From a virus (lineage: Duplodnaviria; Caudoviricetes), in IMG/VR virus record IMGVR_UViG_3300025096_003284, positions 1 to 56,786 of that record: a stretch of DNA of 56,786 nt; one strand, given 5' to 3'. Both the position numbers and the translations under genes were made by a program. The notes under the pieces are model-generated. The model was not told where the DNA came from and searched no databases. It was given only the letters and a program-made list of their open reading frames with translations. How positions within the stretch are numbered: the first letter of the stretch is position 1; every line of letters begins with the position of its first letter. Positions 48,252 to 56,786 of the stretch are shown here, piece by piece.

Positions 48252-50978
48252 ATGCCGACGAGTAACCGAGCTTTCCGAGATGTTTTTTACTTAACAGAAA
48301 CTTCTCAACTAGGTGATAAAGAACGTATTAAAAATACTTCTAATTTTCATCCCATGGTGCGCAGCGAGTGGGGCACACAAGATAAAATTCGAGGAGTTTT
48401 GGGCGCATATAGGGTAACATATTATGGATCGAAGGGTGTTCAAATCTATAATTACGCCGGCGCCCTGGCTGCACTACGCGAAGGCCGGCAAGTAGGGGCA
48501 TCCGATCGTGGAAAAGGCGGCCTCGGAAAACTCCGCAAGCAGCTCAAGGGCCCCAACGACGGTACAAACATAGTTTTTGATTATGGTGTTGTGGAAGGAG
48601 GGGTACCCGTGGGAGCTATGAAACATTCTGCACCACAAGAATATCTCGTATTAAGACATGGCCCGCAGGAGTCCTCTGCGTGGAATGGATATGGCACAAG
48701 GACTTCGCCAGCTTCAACAAACTTTCTTACAAATACTTCCAATATGACCTCGTTTCTTTCGGGAACTTATAATATTGGCAATACGCCCTACGGAGGACTC
48801 TTGAATGAGATACTGGAAGTACCGCTTACAGACCACAGTCATGTTTTACTTGCGGTCCCTAAGAATATAGCCGTACGAGCTGAGGCCGGCTATAATTTAC
48901 ACGTAGACCCGGTTTATAATTATTATACTTCGACCACCCCTCCTTATGAAGTTGTTATTGGACTCCCGGCCACCGGCCGCTCTGCAGCAACGTCGGCTAA
49001 GATTAAAGAATATCACTTGCCAAATGTTTATTATTTACAGAGCGAGCTTAATAATACTAGTAGTGTCCTGTTGGCTCAATATCACCTTCCATCTCTTACT
49101 CTAAATCAGAATATTGCGTGGTTCAATGTAGGGAGCCAGCAAAATGTTACAGAGGCAAATGTTGATAGATACTATGATTTATACGCAGAAGGAATCTCAG
49201 CGTTATTAAGTGATCAGTCGGAGTATGAATCCGTTGATCCGGTACTAAGCTATAATAATAAAAACTTTGTAGTATTACACTCGGACTTAGATGCAATTAA
49301 AGAGGATAGGATAAATACGACCACCATTCCATTCTACAATAAATTAACTCTAGGTTATGATGCTGATGCCCGCACTGGCTATGCTGTCAATGTTAATATT
49401 TTACGAAATCTTTACAATAATCCTGAAACAAGGGATTTTATTAACATTCTTCAAATGCAAACTGTACTTCGTTTGACAACAGAAAAAAATCTTAGTAACA
49501 CCCTTCCAATGATGATGACACACAGGAGCGTACTTTCTAACGAAGACGCGTCCGATTATGCTAATCAAACAGGCGTCAATAATGTAGAAGTTTTATATGA
49601 TCTGGAAGATTTATTCGAGAATTATCTGACAACCAATCGCGAGATTGAAATTGCATCGATGATTAACAACTTTGCTTCATTTGACCCAGATGTTCAATAT
49701 ATTGGAACAGATTTAGAACAACTACCGTTTAGGCTGATTAGAGATTATCTGCTTACAGATGACCAGCTCGATGCAGACCCAATGCATGTAGAAAACGCTT
49801 ATGTAGAAATGTATGAGGATAAAAATTCTTTATCAAGTGTCGATCGAGTAACAAGGTCTTACGAGGAGATGTTACGCGGCCACTACTCGCACACAGAAAC
49901 ATTGATGTATGTGGTAAATAAAAAGAGAAGTCCTACGGGGCCGCCAGTACAGACTTTTTATATATCGGCAGAATTTGCAAACGATGCTCCCTCCGTATAT
50001 TTTGACACTCAAGTAAAATATGAAACAAATTATTATTATGATATATCAAGAGTGGTTTTGGTTTTTGGTAATGATTATGAATATGTTGGAGATCCTCAAG
50101 TTCATAAGACCGCAAAAGCAGTCATAAGTAAGATTAAAATCGATAATAGGCCAAGTGTTAAAGCGCTTCTGGTTCCATATATTGGTAGTCAAGGGAACTT
50201 AGCAGCAAAGATAATGGACAAACCCCCTGTCCCTCCAGAAATAACATTCTATCCTTTTAAGGGAATTAATAATAAATTAAAAATTCTTCTTAACTCTAGC
50301 ACCGGGAAATTAGATACGGCCCCCGTTTCCATTGAAGAGTCCGACGAAGAATACTTCTTAGGGGAGTACCAGTCCCAAACAGGCGACTGGGATATGACAT
50401 ATGGGGAGATGGTTGCCTCGGGCGCCAAGATTTCTTTTAGGTCTGATGATCCCGTCGACGCGTATGAAATATTCAGGCTTCAAACAAAACCAGAGTCGTA
50501 CCAGTCTTTCGCGGGAAATTCTGTTTTTCTTAATCCATCACGGGGAGTGCCCGGGTCTATTTTAGATTCGGTAGTTCCCAACACTAAATACTATTATTGT
50601 GCGCGCGCAATTGATGTCCACGGCAATCGTTCTAACCCAACTCATATTTATGAGCTGGAAATAGTTGATAATAATGGGCAGATATTTTTAAAGCAAGATG
50701 TACTTAGGTATGAAGCTTTAAAGCCTGACTTTACGAAACCAGCCCGGAGATTCGTATATATTGAGCCAGCCTTTAGGCAAATAATTTTCCCTGACGGCAC
50801 CGACACAGGTCCACCGGCAGTTGACACACCACCGCTATCTAGCATTCTGGGCGACACAGATATCGATAAGGTGTGGGGAAAGTCATTCAAGGTGAGAATA
50901 AAAAGCAAGCAGACAGGCAGAAAAGTCGATTTAAATCTTACATTTAAAAACACAGGCATTGTAAATGCGAGCGAATAA
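48252..50978 (+). CDS. Putative virion protein with C-terminal FN3/Ig-like domains
   Basis: FDTQVKY...YYY, PPVPP, YEIFR and D.V.PNTKYYY..RAID.HGN.S motifs. Confidence 0.65.
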   Translation: MPTSNRAFRDVFYLTETSQLGDKERIKNTSNFHPMVRSEWGTQDKIRGVLGAYRVTYYGSKGVQIYNYAGALAALREGRQVGASDRGKGGLGKLRKQLKGPNDGTNIVFDYGVVEGGVPVGAMKHSAPQEYLVLRHGPQESSAWNGYGTRTSPASTNFLTNTSNMTSFLSGTYNIGNTPYGGLLNEILEVPLTDHSHVLLAVPKNIAVRAEAGYNLHVDPVYNYYTSTTPPYEVVIGLPATGRSAATSAKIKEYHLPNVYYLQSELNNTSSVLLAQYHLPSLTLNQNIAWFNVGSQQNVTEANVDRYYDLYAEGISALLSDQSEYESVDPVLSYNNKNFVVLHSDLDAIKEDRINTTTIPFYNKLTLGYDADARTGYAVNVNILRNLYNNPETRDFINILQMQTVLRLTTEKNLSNTLPMMMTHRSVLSNEDASDYANQTGVNNVEVLYDLEDLFENYLTTNREIEIASMINNFASFDPDVQYIGTDLEQLPFRLIRDYLLTDDQLDADPMHVENAYVEMYEDKNSLSSVDRVTRSYEEMLRGHYSHTETLMYVVNKKRSPTGPPVQTFYISAEFANDAPSVYFDTQVKYETNYYYDISRVVLVFGNDYEYVGDPQVHKTAKAVISKIKIDNRPSVKALLVPYIGSQGNLAAKIMDKPPVPPEITFYPFKGINNKLKILLNSSTGKLDTAPVSIEESDEEYFLGEYQSQTGDWDMTYGEMVASGAKISFRSDDPVDAYEIFRLQTKPESYQSFAGNSVFLNPSRGVPGSILDSVVPNTKYYYCARAIDVHGNRSNPTHIYELEIVDNNGQIFLKQDVLRYEALKPDFTKPARRFVYIEPAFRQIIFPDGTDTGPPAVDTPPLSSILGDTDIDKVWGKSFKVRIKSKQTGRKVDLNLTFKNTGIVNASE

Positions 50979-50989
50979 AAGTTTTGAAC

Positions 50990-51000
50990 ACTATTTATAG
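50990..51000 (+). promoter_or_regulatory. Candidate phage late-promoter motif (ACTATTTATAG)
   Basis: Sits in one of the few intergenic gaps, just upstream of the Shine-Dalgarno and ATG 51018. Recurs at 55801. Confidence 0.5.
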
Positions 51001-51017
51001 GAGAAGAGGGTAACAAC

Positions 51018-51962
51018 ATGGGTTTCTTAGATAATTCAGGCGACATTATTTTGGACGCTGTTTTGACTGATCTCGGCCGCAAAAGGCTGGCTGAAGGAAA
51101 TGGAAGGTTCCGCATCGATAAGTTTGCTTTTGGCGACGATGAGATCGATTATGGACTGTACGACAAAAATAACACAAGCGGCTCTGCTTATTACGATTTA
51201 AGTATTCTGCAGACGCCAGTAATGGAAGCATTTACTAATAATATGTCGAGCATGAAGTCTCGGCTTATTTCGTATACGAGTAATGATTTGTTATTTTTAC
51301 CCATCGTTGCCCTCAAGAATTCGGGCGACTCTGCAATCTATGGCGGCACCCCGCCGATCAACTCTCATTTAATACTCGTCGACGAGCAGACGGTTAATGC
51401 GCTAACAAACAACTCTAATGCTCTAGACGCTGGCATTCTCAATGGATATCAGCCAACAAAGGGTATTAATGTTGTAGCAACAGACCAGGGCCTCAATACC
51501 AGCGAGCTGTCTCCTGACGAGGTTATAGATCCAACACTTTTGGAAACACAATATTTTATACAGATTGATAATAGGCTTGGTTCCATTCGCCCGTCACTTG
51601 GCGAGTCTGACTCAGAAGCGTTCACCCCCACTTCCATTGACGACGACAACATCGCCACATATATTTTCACGGCCGATGATGAATCGGGAGTGGTTACTGA
51701 GATTGCTCCTTCGGCTGCTTCTGCAATCATTGGACCACGCGGAACCCGGGTATCGTTTAAGCTTGCCTCGTCGCTCGATCTCAAAACCAACACTTTCCTC
51801 TTCAACCAGATAGGGAGCGTAGGCACAGTAGCAATTGCTAGCGGGACAAAAACACTCGCAGCCGCAAACCATAAATTTATTGATTCCACGGTTCGGGTCA
51901 CAGGAGTTTCTACTGGATACTCTTTGGACGTCCCGATTCGGTTTATCAAGGATATAAGTTAA
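51018..51962 (+). CDS. Putative tail/baseplate structural protein with a tail-collar-like N-terminus
   Basis: DAVLTD.GRK.LA.G...I.KFAFGDDEIDY motif. Confidence 0.7.
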   Translation: MGFLDNSGDIILDAVLTDLGRKRLAEGNGRFRIDKFAFGDDEIDYGLYDKNNTSGSAYYDLSILQTPVMEAFTNNMSSMKSRLISYTSNDLLFLPIVALKNSGDSAIYGGTPPINSHLILVDEQTVNALTNNSNALDAGILNGYQPTKGINVVATDQGLNTSELSPDEVIDPTLLETQYFIQIDNRLGSIRPSLGESDSEAFTPTSIDDDNIATYIFTADDESGVVTEIAPSAASAIIGPRGTRVSFKLASSLDLKTNTFLFNQIGSVGTVAIASGTKTLAAANHKFIDSTVRVTGVSTGYSLDVPIRFIKDIS

Positions 51963-51977
51963 CAGAAGGATATTATA

Positions 51978-53132
51978 ATGGCCACATCATTTAAAACATT
52001 TGACCCCGGCAAGGACTCGGTAGTAACAAGAAACCTGCTTCACGAAGCAATCCCGGTCACGGGTACGATTATCTCAGGAACGTATGGTTCGCCCTCACCT
52101 TCCACAAATGTTAAAAACTACAGTCACGGGATGTTCCAGTCGGTCTATGACTACCCTTATCTAAGCTCATCGGCTAATCACATTTTTGATATCACCATGG
52201 GTTTTTCTGCCACATCTCATCTTTCTGGTACTACGGACGGCGGCGCCGCACCCGTACAACGTGCTAAGAAGATCAACATCTATAATGAAATGGCTCAGGT
52301 TCTCGCAGGGTTTGACGAGAACAGCGCCGTCCGCCTCTTCGACGAAGACGGAGATCTTACCGGCGGCACCAAGATTGATGAAGCTTATTTCATTAACTTT
52401 ACTCGGCTTCTTGCTAAAGATGAGATCAAGAAGGGTAGTTTCTCGCTGACTTTGGGTGTTAACAACGGGCGCGCGTATACGGGCTACGAAGATGTTTTCA
52501 CACAGACCATCACAATCACAGACAAGAGCGGATCCACGGGATATAAAGTAAATTCCCCAGCCGGCGAATACGGCATTCTGTTCGCCACAGGTTCGAAAAC
52601 AGGTGAGCAAGATGTGGTGGATGAAACGGGATTAGTTACTGTCGATCGCGGCTATGCCAAGGTAGGATTGATTTACTATCAAGCAGGAATTGCTGTGATA
52701 TCATCGTCTGTGTTTGGAAGCTTGCTTTCTTCCTCGGTAAGCATGAGCGCCGTTGATGCCACGGTACCCAACAAGCCTTATCTCAGCGCCAGTGTTAATG
52801 GCAACTTCATTAGTTCCTCGATCTCGGGTAATTGTAATAACTTACGCCACCGCATCCAGAACATTTCTTTCAACAACACCACAGAGTTAAACTCCACTGT
52901 TTACTTCTGCCGTGCTGACAACACTGACTTCAACTATTCTTCTAACCCAACCTATCTTAGCTCTAGCAAGATGGTGGTGAAGAATAACTCTCAGGACGTT
53001 CCTATCTCGTATGTAACTTCGGTAGGAATGTACTCAGCAGACAACGAATTACTGGCTGTTGCGAAGCTTTCAGAGCCGCTTAAGAAAGACCCAACAACGG
53101 AGTTCACAGTTAGAGTTCGTTTAGACTACTAA
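51978..53132 (+). CDS. Putative tail structural protein with a tail-collar-like C-terminus
   Basis: FNYSSNPT..YVTSVGMY....ELLAVAKLSEPLKK...VRLDY. Paralog of the next gene. Confidence 0.72.
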   Translation: MATSFKTFDPGKDSVVTRNLLHEAIPVTGTIISGTYGSPSPSTNVKNYSHGMFQSVYDYPYLSSSANHIFDITMGFSATSHLSGTTDGGAAPVQRAKKINIYNEMAQVLAGFDENSAVRLFDEDGDLTGGTKIDEAYFINFTRLLAKDEIKKGSFSLTLGVNNGRAYTGYEDVFTQTITITDKSGSTGYKVNSPAGEYGILFATGSKTGEQDVVDETGLVTVDRGYAKVGLIYYQAGIAVISSSVFGSLLSSSVSMSAVDATVPNKPYLSASVNGNFISSSISGNCNNLRHRIQNISFNNTTELNSTVYFCRADNTDFNYSSNPTYLSSSKMVVKNNSQDVPISYVTSVGMYSADNELLAVAKLSEPLKKDPTTEFTVRVRLDY

Positions 53133-53152
53133 AGTGATGCAATGGTTATGTT

Positions 53153-54388
53153 ATGGCTTATTACAAGTTTAACAGGAATGACGTATACCACAATACGTTA
53201 AAGACCTATCCGAGCACCAAGTTTGTAATTTATAATGGATCGGCATTTTACAATAATGCTCCCAATGTAGCCGGCGAGTTCGCGGACCCTATCCGCCTTA
53301 CAGATGCTGGTCATGTTTCTTTATATGAACTAAATGTCGACCGCGTCAGCGCTTCCACCAATAGATGGATCGGTCCGCGGAGTGTCTCAGAGGACCAGGA
53401 AGTTATCGACAATGGCTTGATTTATTCTTTTGTTGTAAAGAATGGATCGCGAATCGATTTTAGAACCTCGACCGAGGCCTCCTTTAATAACTCTAGTTAT
53501 GGCGATATCATTACTAGTTCTTATCCCTATGTCTCCAGCATTGCTAAAGAATTTTATGAAACATCTACAGCCCGCAGCGGGTCTTCTTATGTTTCTCATC
53601 TGTTGGCGCTAAAGAACACAATTAATCACTATCGGTACATTAGTCCGGAGTTCCAATATTCTTCCTCACTCAGAAATCTAAATTCTGTTGAGGTTGGCTT
53701 GGTGAATATCCCTACAATTTTTTATGGTTCTCAAATTAAAAAAGGTACCATTAACCTACGTTATTATTTTACGGGCACGCTGATTGGCCAAGCTCGCGAT
53801 GAAAACCAAAATGGGGTTTTATATTCTACATATGGCACCGACTCTGGAAGCGTTGTGGGTATAGCTCTCTATAATGAAGGATTCTTAATTTTAACTGGTA
53901 CGACGGCCCTGTCTCCTGCTGGCACAGATGCTTATACAAGTTCTCTTACTCCATATGTGGGGTTTGGAGATTCGCCAAGATGGACTTACTTTGGGCAGTC
54001 TATTTCGGGCACCATCACCGCGCCCAGCTCATCTTTCATCATGGAGATGAGTGGCACTTCCTATAACAACACTCTTACTCTCTTTGCGACAGCGCCGAAA
54101 GGACAGCTCAATCAATCAAACAATCCTACGTTTACCAAGTACTCTACGGCCAACTTTGCCCAAACAGGCTCGAAGGCGTACTTTGAAAATGACCAGCGTT
54201 TGATTAAAAATGTGGTTAGCTCAGCCTATGCTGACCCTACTGGGTCATTTGAAAAGACAACATATATTTCTAAGATTGGCATTTTCGATGACGATCGTAA
54301 TCTAATTGGAATAGCAAAAGTCGCGATGCCAGTCAAAAAGACTGCAGCGCGAGACTTTACATTTAAGATCAAGTTAGATATTTGTTAA
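53153..54388 (+). CDS. Putative tail structural protein, paralog of 51978..53132
   Basis: IKKG..L, VG..Y..G, N.SNNPT..YISKIGIFD....LIGIAK...PVKK...KLD. Confidence 0.72.
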   Translation: MAYYKFNRNDVYHNTLKTYPSTKFVIYNGSAFYNNAPNVAGEFADPIRLTDAGHVSLYELNVDRVSASTNRWIGPRSVSEDQEVIDNGLIYSFVVKNGSRIDFRTSTEASFNNSSYGDIITSSYPYVSSIAKEFYETSTARSGSSYVSHLLALKNTINHYRYISPEFQYSSSLRNLNSVEVGLVNIPTIFYGSQIKKGTINLRYYFTGTLIGQARDENQNGVLYSTYGTDSGSVVGIALYNEGFLILTGTTALSPAGTDAYTSSLTPYVGFGDSPRWTYFGQSISGTITAPSSSFIMEMSGTSYNNTLTLFATAPKGQLNQSNNPTFTKYSTANFAQTGSKAYFENDQRLIKNVVSSAYADPTGSFEKTTYISKIGIFDDDRNLIGIAKVAMPVKKTAARDFTFKIKLDIC

Positions 54389-54391
54389 AAT
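54363..54391 (+). promoter_or_regulatory. Candidate sigma70 promoter with extended -10 (TTAAGA-N17-TAAAAT, TG at 54383)
   Basis: The -10 ends 6 nt before ATG 54398, consistent with a leaderless transcript. Marks the structural-to-replication module boundary. Confidence 0.4.
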
Positions 54392-54397
54392 GAGTCT

Positions 54398-54931
54398 ATG
54401 ATCTTAGGCTTAGACATCTCAACCAGCATAACTGGTTATACAGTACTGGATTACGAAGGCAACATTCTTGCTTGCGACCACATTGACTTGCGAAAAGAAA
54501 AGAACTTCTTTAAGAAAATACAAATTGTGAGAAAGTGCCTGGAGGACTTAGAGGGCGAATATCCTATAGAGCAGGTGTATGTCGAACAGTCACTCCAGTC
54601 TTTCCGCTCCGGGTTCTCATCAGCACAAACCTTATCACTTTTATCAAAAATAAACGGCATTGTTTCGTGGTTATGTTATAATATGTTTTACGGCGAACCC
54701 AAGTATCTTGCTGCTACATCCGCTCGCAAGTTGTGCGGTATTAAGATTCCCAAGGGACAGAAAGCAAAAAAGGTTTCTTTGCAGTTTGTCATTGACAACG
54801 TGCCTGGTTTTGATGTAGAATACACTAGACATGGAAATCCTAAGGCTGGTTATGCTGACCGGTCCGATAGCTATGTGATCGCAAAGGCAGGCTGGATCCG
54901 TGAAAGAGAAGAAGCTAAAGATACTGACTAA
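54398..54931 (+). CDS. RuvC-like Holliday junction resolvase
   Basis: ILGLDIS...TG, VYVE, and C-terminal DRSDS acidic catalytic residues. Confidence 0.85.
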   Translation: MILGLDISTSITGYTVLDYEGNILACDHIDLRKEKNFFKKIQIVRKCLEDLEGEYPIEQVYVEQSLQSFRSGFSSAQTLSLLSKINGIVSWLCYNMFYGEPKYLAATSARKLCGIKIPKGQKAKKVSLQFVIDNVPGFDVEYTRHGNPKAGYADRSDSYVIAKAGWIREREEAKDTD

Positions 54932-55835
54932 TGTGTTGGGGACCGGCTACCGGACCAACAATGAATATCTTTTTAAATGCCCCTACTGTGAACATCACAA
55001 GCGCAAGTTCTCTGTAAATTTAGATAAAGGCTACTATAAATGCTGGGTGTGTGACACCCGCGGCAAGAATATCTATCGTGTCGTTCGCCGTTTTGGCACG
55101 AACCACGACAAGTCGCAGTGGCGAGACTTCACTTCCGAGATTGATTTTGATCAACTCGAAGATTTATTCGCCGAGAAAATAGAAGAAAAACAGATACTTG
55201 AGATGCCCGAAGGGTTTATCTCACTGGCAAACAGAGAGATGCCACCTACCGGCTTCGCCGCAATGAACTATCTACGACAGCGTGGTATCACTAAGCAAGA
55301 CATTGTTTGGTGGAAGATGGGCTATTGCAGCAAGGGAGAGTACGAAGGCAGAATCATAATTCCATCGTTTGATGACGAAGGAGACTTGAGCTATTTTGTA
55401 TCCCGATCTTATGATAGATCCTATTATCCTAAGTATAAGAACCCTCCGGCAAGTCGTAATATTATATTCAACGATTTGTTTGTGGATTGGAGTTCGGACA
55501 TTATCTTGGTCGAAGGGATTTTTGATGCGATCAATGCAGGTCGCAATGCGGTTCCTATTCTCGGTTCCACACTAAATCAGAATTCCGTCCTGCTTCGCAA
55601 GATCGTAAAAGAGGATGCGGGAGTGTATGTGGCCCTCGACCCGGACGCAACGAAGAAAGAGCTTGAGATTATAAAGACTTTGTTGGATTTTGACATTGAA
55701 GTCTGGAAGGTAAATATCGGGGATAATGAAGATGTGGGCTCCATGAACAAGGAACAATTCCAGAAATGCTTGGAAAATGCGACCCTTATCACTCCAGACA
55801 ACTATTTATTGTTGACGCTTGCCATGTCCGTCTAG
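54900..55835 (+). CDS. DNA primase (zinc-binding domain + TOPRIM)
   Basis: CPYC..H...CWVC, YL..RG, RIIIP, KY.NP, VEGIFDA and LDPDA motifs. Confidence 0.9.
   Translation: MKEKKLKILTNVLGTGYRTNNEYLFKCPYCEHHKRKFSVNLDKGYYKCWVCDTRGKNIYRVVRRFGTNHDKSQWRDFTSEIDFDQLEDLFAEKIEEKQILEMPEGFISLANREMPPTGFAAMNYLRQRGITKQDIVWWKMGYCSKGEYEGRIIIPSFDDEGDLSYFVSRSYDRSYYPKYKNPPASRNIIFNDLFVDWSSDIILVEGIFDAINAGRNAVPILGSTLNQNSVLLRKIVKEDAGVYVALDPDATKKELEIIKTLLDFDIEVWKVNIGDNEDVGSMNKEQFQKCLENATLITPDNYLLLTLAMSV
55801..55810 (+). promoter_or_regulatory. Candidate phage late-promoter motif (ACTATTTAT)
   Basis: About 35 nt upstream of ATG 55844, with the same core as 50990. Confidence 0.45.
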
Positions 55836-55843
55836 GAGCCCTT

Positions 55844-56236
55844 ATGAAATTGATAATGGAAAACTGGAAGAAGTTTATAAATGAAGAGGAAGGTTCCTCT
55901 GACATTCAGTGGTCATCATCCAATCAAGCCCCAATGGGTATGCGCGACGATGTCTACAGTGTTGAAGACGAACAACTTATTCAGCAAGCGCTCGGCCCGG
56001 ACTATTATGTGGTAGAGTTTCAATATGATGCCGCCGGAGAAGCCGGTATGGAAGCTCAAGACCGCTCGCGACAATACTTCGATAAGTATGTCAGCCGGCC
56101 AACAGCAGGCCCGAACGGCGAAATCGTTGTAATGCCGCAAAAGACACTTGAACAAGGGGGGCGCCGGGTAAACTATTTTAAGATGGCGCATGATCGAGAT
56201 GAAGACGGCAACATGTATGCGATGCTGGTGACCTAA
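55844..56236 (+). CDS. Hypothetical protein with MKLIMENWKKFINEE leader
   Basis: AGGAG Shine-Dalgarno before ATG 55844, preferred over the track start at 55766. Confidence 0.75.
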   Translation: MKLIMENWKKFINEEEGSSDIQWSSSNQAPMGMRDDVYSVEDEQLIQQALGPDYYVVEFQYDAAGEAGMEAQDRSRQYFDKYVSRPTAGPNGEIVVMPQKTLEQGGRRVNYFKMAHDRDEDGNMYAMLVT

Positions 56237-56452
56237 ATGAAAATTTCAACATCCCGTTTAAAACGAATCATCCACGAGGAACTCTTTTATCGAGAGTTTC
56301 GTCGTGAAGGCCTCGAATTAGAAGAAGCCAAGAAAGCCAAGGACGAAAGGATCTCACGAAAGATCGCATATCTGATGGATAAAGAGGGAAAGCCGAGAGA
56401 TCAGGCTGTAGCAATTGCTCACTCGATGGAAGAGCGTGGAGAATTAGAATGA
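56237..56452 (+). CDS. Small hypothetical protein with MKISTSRLKRIIHEEL leader and QAVAIA motif
   Basis: Abuts the previous stop. ATGA coupling to the next gene. Confidence 0.75.
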   Translation: MKISTSRLKRIIHEELFYREFRREGLELEEAKKAKDERISRKIAYLMDKEGKPRDQAVAIAHSMEERGELE

Positions 56453-56786
56453 AAATCACCAAACAAAGACTTAAAGAGATTATCAAGGAAGAGCTTAATG
56501 AAGCCGCCAACCCAGAGTGGGAGTCGGCTGACAAGATTCTTAGAGATCTAGTGTATCTTGCGCAGGACTTAGAGGACAGTACCAGCGCCGAACCCGCGGC
56601 TCTCGCATCGGCAATCGTCGGCAAACTCCGCGAAGCCGTGGATGCTATGGAGCGACGCCTAAACGAGAAATTTGCAGAGGTAGAAGACGAGGTTTCGGAC
56701 GAAGAAGCACTAGAACTGAAGGGTAACCCCTCGCAGCGGGAAATTGATAGACTACGCCGTAAGTTAAAATATGGTTTTGAGGACTG
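56449..56786 (+). CDS. Hypothetical protein with MKITKQRLKEIIKEEL leader, 3'-truncated by the window edge
   Basis: Not in the ORF track. ATG 56449 overlaps TGA 56450-56452 and the frame stays open to the window end. Confidence 0.75.
   Translation, partial: MKITKQRLKEIIKEELNEAANPEWESADKILRDLVYLAQDLEDSTSAEPAALASAIVGKLREAVDAMERRLNEKFAEVEDEVSDEEALELKGNPSQREIDRLRRKLKYGFED

Noticed and set aside
21408-54388. Bacterial contractile injection system (eCIS/T6SS) or eukaryotic giant virus
   Set aside because: Flanking primase, RuvC-like resolvase, PhoH and sigma-like genes indicate a replicating phage. Shine-Dalgarno sites, gene overlaps and a muramidase indicate a bacterial host.
1-56786. tRNA/ncRNA genes, introns, inteins, stop-codon recoding, intrinsic terminators
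   Set aside because: ORFs tile the window under the standard code using all three stops. I saw no cloverleaf, intein motifs or convincing hairpin-polyT by eye, but a covariance-model scan would be needed to exclude them.

Overview
A 56.8-kb, gene-dense, entirely plus-strand segment of a large tailed (myovirus-like) bacteriophage genome that uses the standard genetic code. Order: (1) 1-2338, phoH, a HExxH metalloprotein and a Cas4/AddB-like nuclease. (2) 2348-19486, an approximately 17-kb glycan island with seven soluble glycosyltransferase-like genes, two split-HldE (kinase + nucleotidyltransferase) modules lacking GmhA but accompanied by RpiB, AraD, transaldolase, two cupins and a HAD phosphatase, and tailoring enzymes (FkbM methyltransferase, formyltransferase, two SDR epimerase/dehydratases, a minimal DegT aminotransferase, radical SAM). 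No flippase, polymerase or exporter is present. (3) 19501-21405, small genes and a phage sigma-factor-like gene. (4) 21408-54388, a baseplate/tail module: gp5-like muramidase-SGNH fusion, spike, gp25 and gp6 wedges, a 3656-aa LamG protein with a protamine-like tail, and tail-collar-like paralogs. (5) 54398-end, a RuvC-like resolvase, a DNA primase and small proteins with shared N-terminal leaders. The leading hypothesis is a phage-encoded virion glycosylation system: a non-canonical heptose/octose nucleotide-sugar pathway plus soluble GTs, next to structural proteins strongly enriched in a [ST]-[GAS]-S tripeptide that could be the acceptor sequon. All calls come from motif reading and hand counts, with no database searches.
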